In this document: piece after piece, positions 1 to 12,585 of the stretch
How the letters are laid out: each line of letters begins with the position of its first letter
How positions within the stretch are numbered: position 1 is the first letter of the stretch
Source of the DNA: Marsupella aquatica
Lineage: Eukaryota; Plantae; Marchantiophyta
DNA length: 64,000 nt
Reading direction: 5' to 3'
NCBI GenBank assembly: GCA_973895155.1
Contig: OZ316899.1
Coordinates: 2,499,355 to 2,563,354, forward strand
Notes under the pieces: generated by a model
What the model was told of the DNA's origin: nothing
Seen by the model: the letters and a program-made list of their open reading frames with translations, nothing else
Databases searched by the model: none
Program-made: the position numbers and the translations under genes

Positions 1-151
1 CCTTTCTGCAACTAAAAATGCACAGTATGAACTTAAAGAGACAACTACAGAGTGGCAAGACAGTACAGATTATGAGGGAGCTGAGCTTACTGTTGTGTCC
101 ATGTTGTAGGTTCTCACCAGTGAATGTTGGAGGTGAAACACTACACTCGGT

Positions 152-451
152 ATGTCGTTTTTTCCAGATTGCCATACCATATGTAGACCCCTCATACGGG
201 TGGCTACATGGATGTATGTTGTGGTGGTTTGGCTGGTTGGTTTGGTAATCCGGCAATTTGTACCCCCACCTGGCAGAATCATTGTCAGCCTTGAATCTGT
301 TGTACAGTATTGTAGGGGAAATGAGGAGGAGGTTTACTTTTCGGCAGATGAGTGTGAAGCCGGGTGTGAAGAGGATGATGAGGAATGTAGTAGTTTGCTA
401 CATGTTTTGCCATATGATTTAGTAGCCACTACTTGTAGGCACAAATCGTAG
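152..451 (+). CDS. Small ORF (99 aa) of unknown function upstream of TnpD, with a hydrophobic N-half and acidic tail
   Basis: ATG-started ORF. A clear paralog (PD...CR.L.RVA...GLV.RQ...EE..YFSADE) can be rebuilt at 12471-12585 + 16441-16576, and both begin at aligned ATGs. Confidence 0.5.
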   Translation: MSFFPDCHTICRPLIRVATWMYVVVVWLVGLVIRQFVPPPGRIIVSLESVVQYCRGNEEEVYFSADECEAGCEEDDEECSSLLHVLPYDLVATTCRHKS

Positions 452-797
452 ACCACCATGGCATGATCTTGGGTTAGACTTAGATGACTTAATGTACCTG
501 CCTGAGTACCTGAGGCTTGACTATCATCGAGCACAGGAGTGGTATTTGTACTGATCTGATAAGATTCACAGATCTGATATCACTGAGCTAGTGGAGTGGG
601 ATTCTATGACTATACACCATTGTATTCTGATATGGTCATGGATGTACGTGCAGAGTAGCCTAGAGGTGTGGAGTCCAGTGCTGGTACCATTAGAGTGGAG
701 GATTGCAGTATCCAGAGAGCTTGCAGAGGTTGCAAGGTACGTGGGTCCTCTACATTCTGGAAAATTGAGTGGAAGACATTGATTGGATTGACTTGAA

Positions 798-3700
798 GTG
801 GCTGAAACAATGTTGAGGAACTTTCGTGGTAGTCAAGATGACTTGAATAGGAGGGATGATAAGTTATGGCGTCGACAGACTGCAGCTTGTAGAGCTGCTG
901 GGATGACAAAGATAAAATGTCCTTGCTACATTTGCAACTGTAGGGGTAATCGTGTGAGTCTAGGGACAGTCAAAAAGCACCTCATTCAGAATTCTCGCCA
1001 CCCATCGCAAAGGTATTGGTGGGGAGAGGACTGTGACTCTTCTGATGATGAGTGGAATGCACGCTGCATGGAGGGGGATGGTGCATTTGAGGGCCCTGTG
1101 GACAATGCAAGATGTGTAGAGGAACTTGCCAATGATATGGATTGTGGCATAGATATCCCTGGGATACTAGAGGACCTGGCAATACCAAGTGAAACTGCTA
1201 ATGCCAGTGAACCTGTCCAAGAAACCACTGCAGAGGAGCCCACTCTGCAGGAAAGCGAAGAGGGTCTCTTCAACATGGATGATCTTCTGGAGGGGGATAG
1301 TACATCTGGAGAAGCAACACCTCAGATTTGGGACCACCAGGCAGAGGAGAAGATGATGCAAGCATTTGAAGAGGCGTGTGCCCCTTTGTATGAGGGGTCC
1401 ACTACTTCCCAATTGTCATTTGTGTTGACATTTCTAAACACATGCCATAATCATGGTTTCACCAACTCTGGAGTTGATGAATTGCTTTCGTTGATGGGGA
1501 AACAGTTGATGCCTGCTAAGAATCTGCTGCCTAAAAACCTGTATGCATGCAAGAAGCTGATCAGTCATGCTGGCTTGGATTATGTCAAAATTGATGCTTG
1601 TGAGGATGGATGTGTCCTATTCAGAAAGGAGCATGCTCATTACGAAGAGTGTCCACTGTGCAAAAAGCCTAGGTATAAGCAGGTTGGACAATCAAAGCAA
1701 CCTGTGAAAGTCCTTCGACATTTCCCCCTCATACCCAGGTTGAAACGAATGTACAGGTGCAAGGCAATTTCAGAGTTGATGACATGGCATAAGGACAATA
1801 AAAGCACAGATGGAAAGGTCCGGCATGTTGCAGATTCTAGGGCATGGAAGGAGATTGATACAACCATTGATCCAACATTTGAAGCAGAGCCTCGCAATGT
1901 ACACCTTGGATTGGCTCTGGATGGTGTGAACCCCTTTGGGGAAAACAACCTCAAGCACCCTACATGGCCTGTTGTATTGTTGAATTACAATCTGCCCCCT
2001 TGGTTGTCCACCAAGAAGTTCTTCATTATGTTATCTTTGCTGATCCCTGGGCCTGATTCAGTGACTGACCGCAACATTGACATTTACATGGCTCCATTGC
2101 TGGAGGAGCTTTTGGAGCTCTGGGAGGGAGTTCCATGCTTTGATGCACTTGACAGGCCTGGCCTGAATAAGTGGTTCAATCTGCGGGCCATTCTATTGTG
2201 GACAGTGAACGACTATCCAGCTTTGGGTCTCATATCGGGTCAAGTCACAAAAGGATATCATGGATGCATTGTGTGTGGTCCCAATGTGAGCTGCAGAAGG
2301 TCTGCTGCTCTATCCAAGAATGTATTTCTGGGGAGTCGAAGGTGGTTGGAGGAGAACCATAAATACCGCTCCCAAAGTTATGCAGCAAAATTTGATGGGG
2401 AGTGCGAGCCACAGGGGCCTCCCCCAAGGATGACTTGTGAGCAAAAATTAGCCTTTGCTGCTGATGTGGAAGAGTACTTGAAAACACCTGGGGCCAAACA
2501 AGGAAGCAAGAACTGTCCTTCGAAGCTTCATGGGGTGAAGAGGACACAAGATCTTGCAAAACTGCCATACTGGTCGGTGAGTAAAATCACACTGGCATTC
2601 ACCTTTTTCACTTTAAGATATTGCATAGTACCAGCATTGTACACACATGTCAATTTGCAGTTGGACTGATCTGCTTTTTGTTGTTTGGATGCAGAAACTT
2701 CTGATCAACCATGTGCTGGATCCCATGCACACAGAGAAGAACATTGCTCAGAATTTGATTCACACTACTTCTGGGAAGAAGGATACCACTGCTGTGCGGA
2801 ATGATATGGAGGCTGAAGGCATTCACGAGCAGCTGTGGATGAAGCCTCATCCAAACAATAAGAAGGACCATTTTGTGAAGCCCAAGGCGCCCTATGTGAT
2901 GAGCAAACCAGAGCTGGAGGAGTTCCTGGGCACTTTGAAGAACTTGAAGGTTCCCACAGATTTTGGTAGCTCATTGGCAAAGTGTGTGAGAGCCAGCAAT
3001 AAGTTGGCTGGCCTCAAGTCTCATGACTACCATTGCCTCATGCAGCAGATACTTCCCTTGGCATTGAAGGACTTGATGGCAACAGGACCTCGAATGGCTA
3101 TCATTAGTGTGTATCGTGTGTGGCGTAAAATTTGCTGTAAGGTCTGGGACCCTAGCACTAAGGATGAACTGATGACAGATGTGGCACATACTTTGTGTGC
3201 TCTGGAAATGCATTTTCCAGCTTCGTTTTTTGATGTCATGACACATTTGATGGTGCATATAGTGGAAGAGCTAGATATATGTGGACCTGTGTCACAACGG
3301 TGGATGTATCCAATTGAGAGATACTTGAAAAAACTAAAGGGTTTTGTAAGAAACAGGGCACGACCAGAGGCATCTATGGTTGAGGGTTATATCCTAGAGG
3401 AGGCATTAGGATTTCTCACAGAGTATATGGTTCAGTGCGAAGTAACTCGGCAGCGGGTCTGGGACTCTGAAGAAGAGGCAGGGGTTAAAGGTGTGGTCCT
3501 GGAAGGGGCCTCAAGTAAACTGTCTCTAAGTGTTGCTGATCGAGATGCTGCCCACACCTATTACCTACAGAACCATGTACAGGTTGCACCATGGCTCAGG
3601 TACATGAAATAACTACGTCATTTTGTTGCTGGCTGTCTGAGTGTTCAATAATGTAGTTCTAAATGCATTGTCACAACATGACAGTCTTTCTTTTGTGGTA

Positions 3701-4660
3701 TCTGATATTGTTCTTTGCTTGCTTGGAAGGTTGTATGAGTCAGAAGAGGAGGAGCAAAGGATAGAAAGAGAAGCTGTTCTAAGACAGCATAATGCAGAAC
3801 GACGACGAGGCAAACGTCAAGCAATGGCCTGTCCTGTTGAATTTGCTTCCATTCCTTTTGGAGTATGGTTCAGGGATACAATACACAAGGCTAACCTGGA
3901 TGACAATGAGGACAAGTTGCTGTTGACTGCAATTTCTTTTCCACCAAGCCAGAAGGCTTTGTCTTACATTTCAATGAAGGCTTTTGGGAACCATTATAGA
4001 GTGATGCGCTGCAAAGATAGGAATGGCGAATGGCGTGAGATGTCCACTCTTAGGGACACTGATTGTCAAGGATATGCTACATTTGATTCCGGGGTGGCCA
4101 CAACTTTCCATGAGCAGATCAGGGAAGAAACCGGGGTGAATTTGGCCAAGCTTACATATGTGGGGGTTCTGACACAGATACTTGTGCTTGACTATGGACC
4201 TGTGTTACATTCTGAACCAGCCATAATCTTGAAGGCAAAGTGGGTGCGGTCTAAGTGGGGAGAGGACAGGTCTAATCCATCAATGAAACATGATGAGACT
4301 GGCCTATGGCTTGCCAATTTTAATATGCCTTATCCCTCAGCTGAGAAATTAGATTATGTCTTGCCCAGTCAGATTGAGCAGGTTTTCTTTTACCCAAACA
4401 CAGCCAGGGCCTCTTGGAGACATGTCCTCCATAAGGAAGGGAGGTCTCGACGAGTTGTTGAGGGTACAAATGACCTTGAGTTTAATGATCTTGTGGATCG
4501 TCATGAGGCTGTTGAGGCTGAGCTTGTTGCAGCAGCTAACAGACGAGTGCCCTTGGATGAAGGAGAAATTGTAGTTTTTCAGGAGATGGCAGTGTTGACA
4601 AGAAGTGATAGTGATGATGATGATGTCTGGGAAGATGAAGAAGATTCAGATGAAGAGTGA
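798..4660 (+). CDS. tnpD: CACTA transposase TnpD/TNP2, 3 exons (798-2576, 2695-3599, 3730-4660)
   Basis: N-terminal CPC..C...HL motif; Transposase_21-type motifs (LGLALDGVNPF, WPVVLLNYNLPPW, LIPGP, IDIYMAPLLEEL, WTVNDYPA); LDPMHTEKN; DUF4218-type HLMVH..WMYPIERY; DUF4216-like YVGVLTQIL..YVLPSQIEQVFF. GT-AG introns 2577-2694 and 3600-3729 join the frames (LPYWS|KLLINH; WLR|LYE). Confidence 0.92.
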
Positions 4661-4733
4661 GAATGTGCCTCTTGGGGCAGGAAGTACTGATTGCTCTTTG
4701 GTGATAGTGTTTTTTATGCAGTTTTGAATTGAA

Positions 4734-7705
4734 ATGCATGATCGGTCTGGGGTGAAAGGTTCTGAGAATGCCTATGAGGCACAGAGGAATAAGAACATAG
4801 CAGCCAACCAAGCTATACTTGACCAGTTCGTAGGAACTGCTGCAAGAGATTTAAAGTATGTACTCTATCCCTATATAGTTTTGAATTTATGCCTTGACTT
4901 TATTACTAATGGTTCACACTCATGACATTGCCAGGGTGATTGCAGTTTACAGGGTGAGGCAAGGGTCAAGCGTCTATCTAAGTTGTCAAAGAAGACTGAA
5001 CAGAATCAGCCGTCTATAGCAAAGCGTAGGAGTTCACGATTACTTGGCAGGCACCTGGAGAAAATCATGGAGAGTGACAACAGTGGGAGTGATGAGTCTG
5101 AAAAATCAGCTGAGACAAATTATGGGGCAGGTTTAAGTGATGGCTTTGAATCAGATGGTGTTCAAGAGCTACGTAAGGTAAGAGAAGACTCATTGTCATT
5201 TTCTACTTCACTTGAAGCTAATTGCATTAATTGTCCAATTTCTGTATATCTCAATCTGGTGCTACTGTTACTAATTACTTGAATGTGCACACTGTTATCC
5301 TCAGGCTCCCCGAAAGTCAGGGCTTAAATATTATGTGGATCCTAGGACAAAGGAAGTGAGTGTGTGTAAGTAATTTATTCATTACCTCACTTGCCATGAA
5401 CTTGTTTTTGACTTGCCAAGTGAATCCTGAGTTCAGAGATTCTCACAGTTGCAGATTGATTGTCACAAGTTACATAAATGTTTGACTTGCTAACAGAATC
5501 TCTTTGGTTGGTTGTGGTAGTGACACCCTTGCCTAGAGCATCTGCTCGTGATCTGGATGATGGAATTGTCACAAAAAGATCAGAACAGACACACGTACGA
5601 CAATCATCTCGTGCTGCAAAGAAACAATGGGAAGAGAACACAAGCGAGCGTCGCAAGTTGGGCATGAAGAAAGTTGCAATCACTGTATGTTGCTTGTGAA
5701 AGATCATGCTTGTGATTTATTGTTTGTCCTCTGTTATTGGTCTCTTATGATGCATTGTGTGCAGATTTGGAACAATGATGTTGATCCCAATGATCCATAT
5801 CGGGCACGTTGGGGAGATGATCTTCGTGCTGTGTGTATGGGTAAACTGAATCCTTCTATCCGTGAGATTAAGAAGCAAGACTTAGGGGTTCTTCTTCATG
5901 TTTATGCTGTGTTGGAGAATGATTGGGAGTATGTACAGGGGACTCTGTCAATGAAGAAGTTCAGGTCTCATTGTTCAGCAGTAATGAAAGCACAGCGAGC
6001 AAGACTCCACAAACATTTTCAGGAAGGTGGAAGACGCTTGGACAAGAAGCCCCCTGAGAATGTGAAGCCTGAACATTGGAAGGCATTGTGTGAGTGGTGG
6101 CTGTCTCCAGAAGGGATGTCTAGCATTGACAAGATGAAGTATGCAAGATCTAAAGTCATTAATCCATCAAGGGTTGGACGAGGTGGCTACCGTGGGAAGG
6201 AGTCTGACCTTGTAAGTATACAAGATTCATTTACAGTTATTATGAATGTTTGTAAACAACAAGTAGGCTTACAACATGTGTCTTCCTTTGTTTTAGCAAT
6301 TGGTATGTAAAGAAGCAAGAAGTTTCATTCTAATATGTATTGTTTGGTTTCATTACTCAAAAGAGAAAAAGAGGGGAAAGTCCACCTCTGTCTGAGCTAC
6401 GCTCAAAAGATGATAGATTTGGAGTATCAAGTGTGAGATCTGTCACAGGACAGACCACACCATCTCATCGGAGAGGCAGAAAGTCAATTGTGAGTATTAG
6501 TTCACAAGTCCAATTTTTGATTTCCAAATTGCCAAGTCTAGGTGATATCCACTAACTTTTGTATGATTGTTCAATGGTTGCAGACACCAGGTTCCAGGGT
6601 TATGATGGGAGACGAGGAAGGACGTGATGAGCGTATGTTGAGTACAATTGTGAATGCAATAAGTACAGGGATGAGTGTTGGGTTTAACAAAATGTTAACT
6701 GTTTTGACAAAACCTAGCCTAAGTCAAGATGTGGAAGAAACCAGAACTGTCCCAGTTGGGCCGGGACAGTCTTCAATGCCCTCACGAATGAGTTCAGTTC
6801 CGAAAAGTCATTCAGGCCGTAGTACTTCAGCTGTGAAACTAGACTTTTTGGTGGACTTGACCAAAGAAGGTATGTTCTTTACAGAGGACAGTTAAAGTAT
6901 GTGTAATCAAGCATGCATGACTTGGATTAGTGAATGTTTTCTAATGTCTTGAAATGTTAATGGGCAGTTGAAGATGATCAGGGGATTGATCTCAATGCTG
7001 CTGTGGAATACAATTATGACCCAGTGATTGTGAAGCAAGAGATCAATGAAGAAACAGAGGTGGTATACAGTTCGCCTGCGCAACATGATCAAGCAGGCAA
7101 AGATAAGGTTGGAATACCATCTAAACCCTAAACTTTGTACTATTAATGTGTTCATTATCCCATGAATTTGTAATATGAACCTAGTAGGGCATGCTTATGT
7201 AAGTTGTCTCACCCTAATCTGTTTTGCAGGAGATAATAGAAGCTTTGACACCTGAAGTTGTTTTGACAAAGTCATCTGAAGAAGCCATTGTTACAGAGTT
7301 TTCAAAGTCGATCCCTTCACCTTTTGTCTTGAAGGTGAGCAAAAGCAAATGATTGCTTTCAATACATGTCCTATTTGTTTATTTGCTGTAACTTGTCATT
7401 AACAAGTCTAAGTAATGAAATGGTTGTGTTATGTTGTTGATGTGTGACAGTTTAAAGTAGGAGACATGGTGAAATTGAAATCACCAGTGGATCAGCAGGT
7501 GATTGCTATTGCCAGAATCGATGGAGTGTGTGGACTTGATCGATATTATGACAACCCAGTTCCTACTGGCTTCTTGATTGTCAAAGCTGTTTCTATTTTG
7601 AATGGAGATGCACCTCTCCAAGAAAAGCACCCAGAAGGCTTGGTAGCCCTCAAACATGTGAAGGGGCACCCATTTTTGTGGAGGCAGAAGTTAATGAGGA
7701 AGTAG
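4734..7705 (+). CDS. tnpA: CACTA TnpA-like multi-exon gene (about 10 exons, boundaries approximate)
   Basis: Exon pieces bounded by GT/AG: YEAQRNKNIAAN motif; Ptta/En/Spm-like block (KPPENVKPEHWKALCEWWLSPE..KMKYARSKV, 5765-6212); terminal exon with the TnpA C-terminal fold (VIAIARIDG..VKAVSILNGDAPL..GHPFLW, 7451-7705). Confidence 0.7.
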
Positions 7706-8410
7706 GATTAGTAATTGAGGAGTAAACCTTGCAATAGAGAATCCATGTGATTGAAGAAGTATGTAGGTTCCCATATAGGTAGCATGGATACTATTGTGCA
7801 ACTATGGCTCTCAATTTTTGGATTCCCAGATGTGTATCACTCTAGAATTTTGTTGGTGTTTGAAATGATGACTTACTAAGATTGTGTCATTTCTCAAATT
7901 TATTTGAATGTGTATGTGAGACATTTGAGGTTTTTGCTATTGCTATTTAGGGTTTAGAACTTTAGAACTAATGTCTCTACATCTAGTGATTCGACATTCC
8001 AATGTACTATCATTCAAGTTCTATAGTACACCCAAATCACTACAATTGAAGTGATCAATACTAGACTATGGTCATACTACTGCAACTATAGTTATCAAAG
8101 ATATGATGTTCATCACCCATTTTAAAGTTGTAACGTAGCAATCTATAACACTTAAGATGTAGTCATATAGCAAGTAATAATGGACTGAATGATAGGTCTG
8201 TAAATACAGTCATATATAACAAATAACAAAAACTTTACAATTACTACTTCAATTTAAGACATATATCAAGAACTAAATTACAAAATAATATCTTTATTAT
8301 ATCAAACTTAGTTATATAGCTGCAAGTATTACATGTGTCTAATATGTCATGTTATCACTTTAAATTTAGTGACACTACAAGTTGTAAATGTAATTTGGTT
8401 ATGATTTCAA

Positions 8411-8948
8411 TTCTAGTCATATAACTAGTATTAAAAGTTGACACAAAGTATCTTTAAGACTCAAAATCTAGTCATATAGTGGCAAGGGCTATATAGTTTC
8501 TACTTGAATTCTAGTCATGAAAGAAGTTATTTGAGGTTCAAGGTGCATTGACCACAATTGACTTTTGGCAATTGTCACCCCCAATGATTGTGGAGACCGC
8601 CACATGTTTAGGTATCATTTGTCAAAAAAAGTCATCATAGTAGTTGTTTTGGGCAAAATTTAATAATTGTTATTTTTCTAGTCATATAACTAGTATTAAA
8701 AGTTTGACACAAAGTATCTTTAAGACTCAAAATCTAGTCATATAGTGGCAAGGGCTATATAGTTTCTACTTGAATTCTAGTCATGAAAGAAGTTGTTTGA
8801 GGTTCAAGGTGCATTGACCACAATTGACTTTTGGCAAATGTCACCCCCAATGATTGTGGAGACCGCCACATGTCTAAGTATCATTTGTCAAAAACAATCA
8901 CCATAGTAGTTGTTTTGGGCAAAATTTAAATAACTATTATTTTTCTAG
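8411..8948. repeat. Tandem duplication, 2 copies of about 266 bp, in the CACTA subterminal region
   Basis: TTCTAGTCATATAACTAGTATTAAAAG starts at 8411 and 8676; a third start TTCTAG is at 8943; the copies are nearly identical. Confidence 0.95.
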
Positions 8949-9143
8949 TTATTTAAGACCGTTGGGTTTGAAACCGACGGTGACATAAACCACTCATACA
9001 TTTTGAGTACTTGTTATAAACGACTTCATGCTCAATACGACTAGTTGTCTAAAGCGACTGACATTAGTGCACTCAAACCATTGAGTTGTAAATTGTCCGT
9101 TATCACTCTGAAACAAGTGAATTAGGTAGTGATAAAATCCCGA

Positions 9144-9156
9144 TTTCCTTCTAGTG
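9144..9156 (-). repeat. CACTA right terminal inverted repeat 1
   Basis: TTTCCTTCTAGTG, preceded by the subterminal motif zone and the imperfect palindrome ACCGTTGGGTTTGAAACCGACGGT (8958-8981). Confidence 0.75.
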
Positions 9157-10165
9157 CTTGAGTACCCTGTTGTTGCCAGGAACAACTACAGCCGGCCTCT
9201 ACCTACTTCAGTACCCTTCCCGACATCCTTGATATTTGTGTCTCTTGTACATGACCCACCACAAATTAGGTGCCAAGGGTGTGTGCACAGTTGCCAATAT
9301 GACTGTCCTGCCTGTAGGGCTTCTGGCCCAGAGTTGGATGACCGTTCTCTTGGATGTCGGTTTTTGCACAGAGCACAATGTATCATCTAGAACCACTCGC
9401 CATCTTGCAGTGTGCCTGGCGATGTCACTTGTCCTACCCTCCCAGACCCCACCATCGGTGACTTTGGTGTCTACACATGTTTGGATCACACGCTCTAGAG
9501 GACCACTTGTCACACCGCATGCACAGACCACAGACCATTGACCTATAACTTAACACTCTGACTTGAACAAAGAGGATATTTACTTGAAATTTTGAATTCT
9601 GAGCAATTTTGGGTCCAGGTTTTAGGGTCAACAATACATAACTTATCCTATTATGGTTGCACTAAGTAGAATATCCTAATTTACGAGGCTAGCAAGCTCA
9701 CTTAAAAGTCTCCTTTCAAAGACTGGAATTAATGGGCCATGTGATAACTTGGAAAAAGTGATTTATGCCTAACTTATTTGTCTCATTCACTATCATAGCC
9801 TATTTAGGATGTATAAATTACAACCCTGATCACACTGCTTGATACCAATCCTGTTTGAAAAATGCCTGTTTTACATGTCACAACTATTGTATGTGATTCA
9901 AATGCATTAAATCTTGTTGCAGATCTCCTTTGGTGAATCATAGCCACAAAATTGAGGTGTAGGTGGAGCTATTGTACTAGGGGATCAGTTTTCAGTGTGG
10001 GCTCAACAAACCCAAAAGTATGTCTACTCTGCATCTGTGTGTGATCATTTCATTGCAGTAGCAATTGCCACTCTAGTCTATATGCTACACTGTACTTTTT
10101 GTACACTGCTAAATTGTATTGTCTGTGCACTCTGCTAAATTGTACTATCTATCTGATGCGTAGGC

Positions 10166-10846
10166 ATGGCATGCCCTAAAATCCGAGCCAAGAAGCGGGG
10201 GACAGAGGTGAGCAACACAGGTGTAGTTGGGCCAGATGGTAGTAACTTCTCCGCACGTCAAATTTTCCAGAAGGCAGCTCATTGTTGTGCCATTTGTGAC
10301 GATGATGGGGGCTTAGCCATATGTGAGGGCCCTTGCATGAGGCATTTCCACCTCAACCCGGAGTCTGACCTTGCTGCAGAAAACAACTGTCCAGGGGTGT
10401 GCCTCTCGTCAGCACACTAGGGAGGCTGGATGTGCACTGATTGTTTGGAGAAGCAGGCTAAGTGTGCACAGTGTGGGATGTTGGGGTCTTACGAGGGCTC
10501 TGTTGATGCTCCACCACTTGTTAGGAAATGCCCTGACAGATATTGTGTGAGGTTCTTTTGTTTTTCATGTTTGCCCGATCTTGCCACAGCTTGCCCACTT
10601 CATAAGTGCAAGGCATGTGGTCAGCACGATGAAGATTTCTGGGTGGACATAGTCCACTGTGTTAGGTGTCCCACCATGTGGCACTTTCATTGTTTGAAGG
10701 AGCGTCAAGCAGAAGGCTATGCTTGTGAAAGACACATCTATCATCACTTTGCACATGGTGTTGATCGATGGATCTTCTATTGTCATCGCCATGCCATAGA
10801 TCCTACTTTGCACACTCCTATGAGAGATCACATTTCTTGGCTTTGA
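10166..10846 (+). pseudogene. Stand-alone EDM2/NSD-type composite PHD-finger module with one in-frame TAG (10418-10420)
   Basis: ORFs 10166-10420 and 10430-10846 are in frame. The joined sequence follows the EDM2 PHD pattern as recalled: CAICD..G....CEGPC.RHFH, WMCTDC....CAQC..LGS, CPLHKC..C, CVRCP..WH..CL, IFYC..HAID..L.TP.RDH. Confidence 0.8.
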
Positions 10847-11444
10847 ACCTGAATAATGTACATGCATAGTGCACCTGATGTGGATACCTTGGAGATTACA
10901 GACATTCCAATTTTGAGAAGAAGGACCTCTGTAGGAGAGGATGCTTAGGCAACAAGTACCCTAAGTTCATTACTTGTTCCTAGGTACATGCCTTCAAAAA
11001 CTCCCCTTAAGCCTTCTAGGAACTTTTTTAACTCTGCAATCATTTTTATCACGACTTACATGACACTGCTTAAATTAAATCAAGACTTCTGATTATGAGC
11101 ATATAAGTTACAAGGCTATTTAATTTGCGAGAATTCCCTTAAAGTGTACCAACATTTTGTATTCTCATTGAATGTCTGCCCATTTACAACATTTGTATGT
11201 GGCATCACAAAACAATTGCACTTGTCACCTTCAATATTGTGAAGGCACATATTCAAACTATGAGGTGCATCCTTGCAGGTGTCTAGTATGTTTGTCCCAA
11301 TATTTCTCCTGTTTGGAATTGGAGCAGAGACTCACCAGACGACTGGACTAGACCAAGTTATAAACGCAACATTTTAGGGGCCCTCCGATTATCAGGTGAA
11401 CGCATTGTCTTCCGGTCTGCAGTGATTAGGTGGGGTGTGTGTAC

Positions 11445-12294
11445 ATGGCCTCTAGGAAACGTACAAAGGTTGACCACCCGCCTCTGTTGGCTGGAATCAA
11501 AGCCATTTTGATTCCTGGCCACTATGGGTTCACCCAAGTGAGTTGGCCAATCGTACAAAAATGATTCTCAGAGTTCCATGGGACTGAAGTCAAGGACATC
11601 ACTCCACAGACTACACATGTTGTTGCGGGGACATGGCTGGATGTGATGAACAAGTGGTCATGGTCCTTCATTGATTCTACCATTACCAACCAAGGTCTAA
11701 AAGTAGTTGAAGTCTCTTGGCTGACCAATTTTGTTAAATATAGGTGTGTACAGAGTACTAAGCAATATGAGTTGTGGGAGAGTGAGGAGGCCACTGTAGA
11801 GGCTTTGGCTGAAAAGGAAGCCTATGAAGCAGCGGCAAAGAAACCCAACTTTGCTTTTGTCCAATATGGACCTGTTGTCAACATAGGACACCATCCTATG
11901 ACTGCAGATGCTATATTGAATGAGCATGGCAAGGAGAGAAATACCATTATGAATGGGGTTCAGTGTGGTATTTGTAGAAGAGGGAATTGGGGAGACTAAG
12001 TGCAGACTGTACAAGTCCATAGTTGTTGAGCTAGGTGGGACAGTGGAGGAGAGTCTAACAGAAACCTCCACTCATGTTGTAGGTCTGTCATACATGAAAA
12101 TATGAAGAAAATTCTTTAAGACAATAGTGCATGATTTTGTCATGAACAACAATCTTTGGGTGCTTTCCCCTGATTGGCTTCTGGAATCAGCAGCGACAGG
12201 GAAGCGACAGAATGCTTGGAACTTTGATATTTTTGAGGCCTGGCCCTCCAAGCTTCAGCGGAGATGTATGCTTAGCAATGGTGGGAGAGAGTGA
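11445..12294 (+). pseudogene. Tandem BRCT-domain gene, disrupted (TGA at 11562, frameshift near 11960, a further in-frame TGA in the second repeat)
   Basis: Manual translation. Repeat 1: MASRKRTKVDHPPLLAGIKAILIP..FHGTEVKDITPQTTHVVAG..VVEVSWLTNFV..YEL. Repeat 2: VVFVEEGIGETKCRLYKSIVVELGGTVEESLTETSTHVVG..VLSPDWLLESAATGKRQNAWNFDI. Both have the BRCT G-x-V, THVV and W-L/I signature. Confidence 0.75.
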
Positions 12295-12585
12295 GGAGTA
12301 GGAGTCCCTCATATTTTTGTATACATCACAATTTTGTAATAAATGTGATCCTTGAACTAACTCATCTTGTCATGGTTGGTCGTAGTTGAAGTGATTGTTG
12401 TTTCCTGCTGCGTGGGATGTGACTGTGAATCTACTTGCTGGGCTCTGTTTGGCTGAAGACTTTGGTGGGTATGCTGCCTCTTCCAGACCGACAGGCCCTA
12501 TGTAGGGTCCTCCTACGGGTTGCATCGTGCTTGGCTACTGCTTGGGCTTACATGTGTGGATTGGTAACCAGACAGAGTGTAACTC

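Larger units (their letters stand above)
1..9156 (+). mobile_element. CACTA (En/Spm) DNA transposon 1, left end outside the window
   Basis: TnpD- and TnpA-like genes in tandem, an AT-rich subterminal zone with repeated TAGTCATA/ACGACT motifs (about 7950-9100), and a right TIR TTTCCTTCTAGTG ending at 9156 (reverse complement CACTAGAAGGAAA). Confidence 0.85.

Noticed and set aside
591-782. 63-aa ORF just upstream of TnpD
   Set aside because: No recognisable motif and no second copy in the window; it may be an exon or leader but cannot be supported.
9660-9671. CACTAAGTAGAA as the left TIR of CACTA element 2
   Set aside because: It has an extra base, the preceding triplet (TTG) does not match the AAT after 21708, and no subterminal repeats follow.
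10166-10846. A functional host EDM2 gene
   Set aside because: Only the PHD module is present, it has an in-frame stop, and the flanks show no other EDM2 domains.
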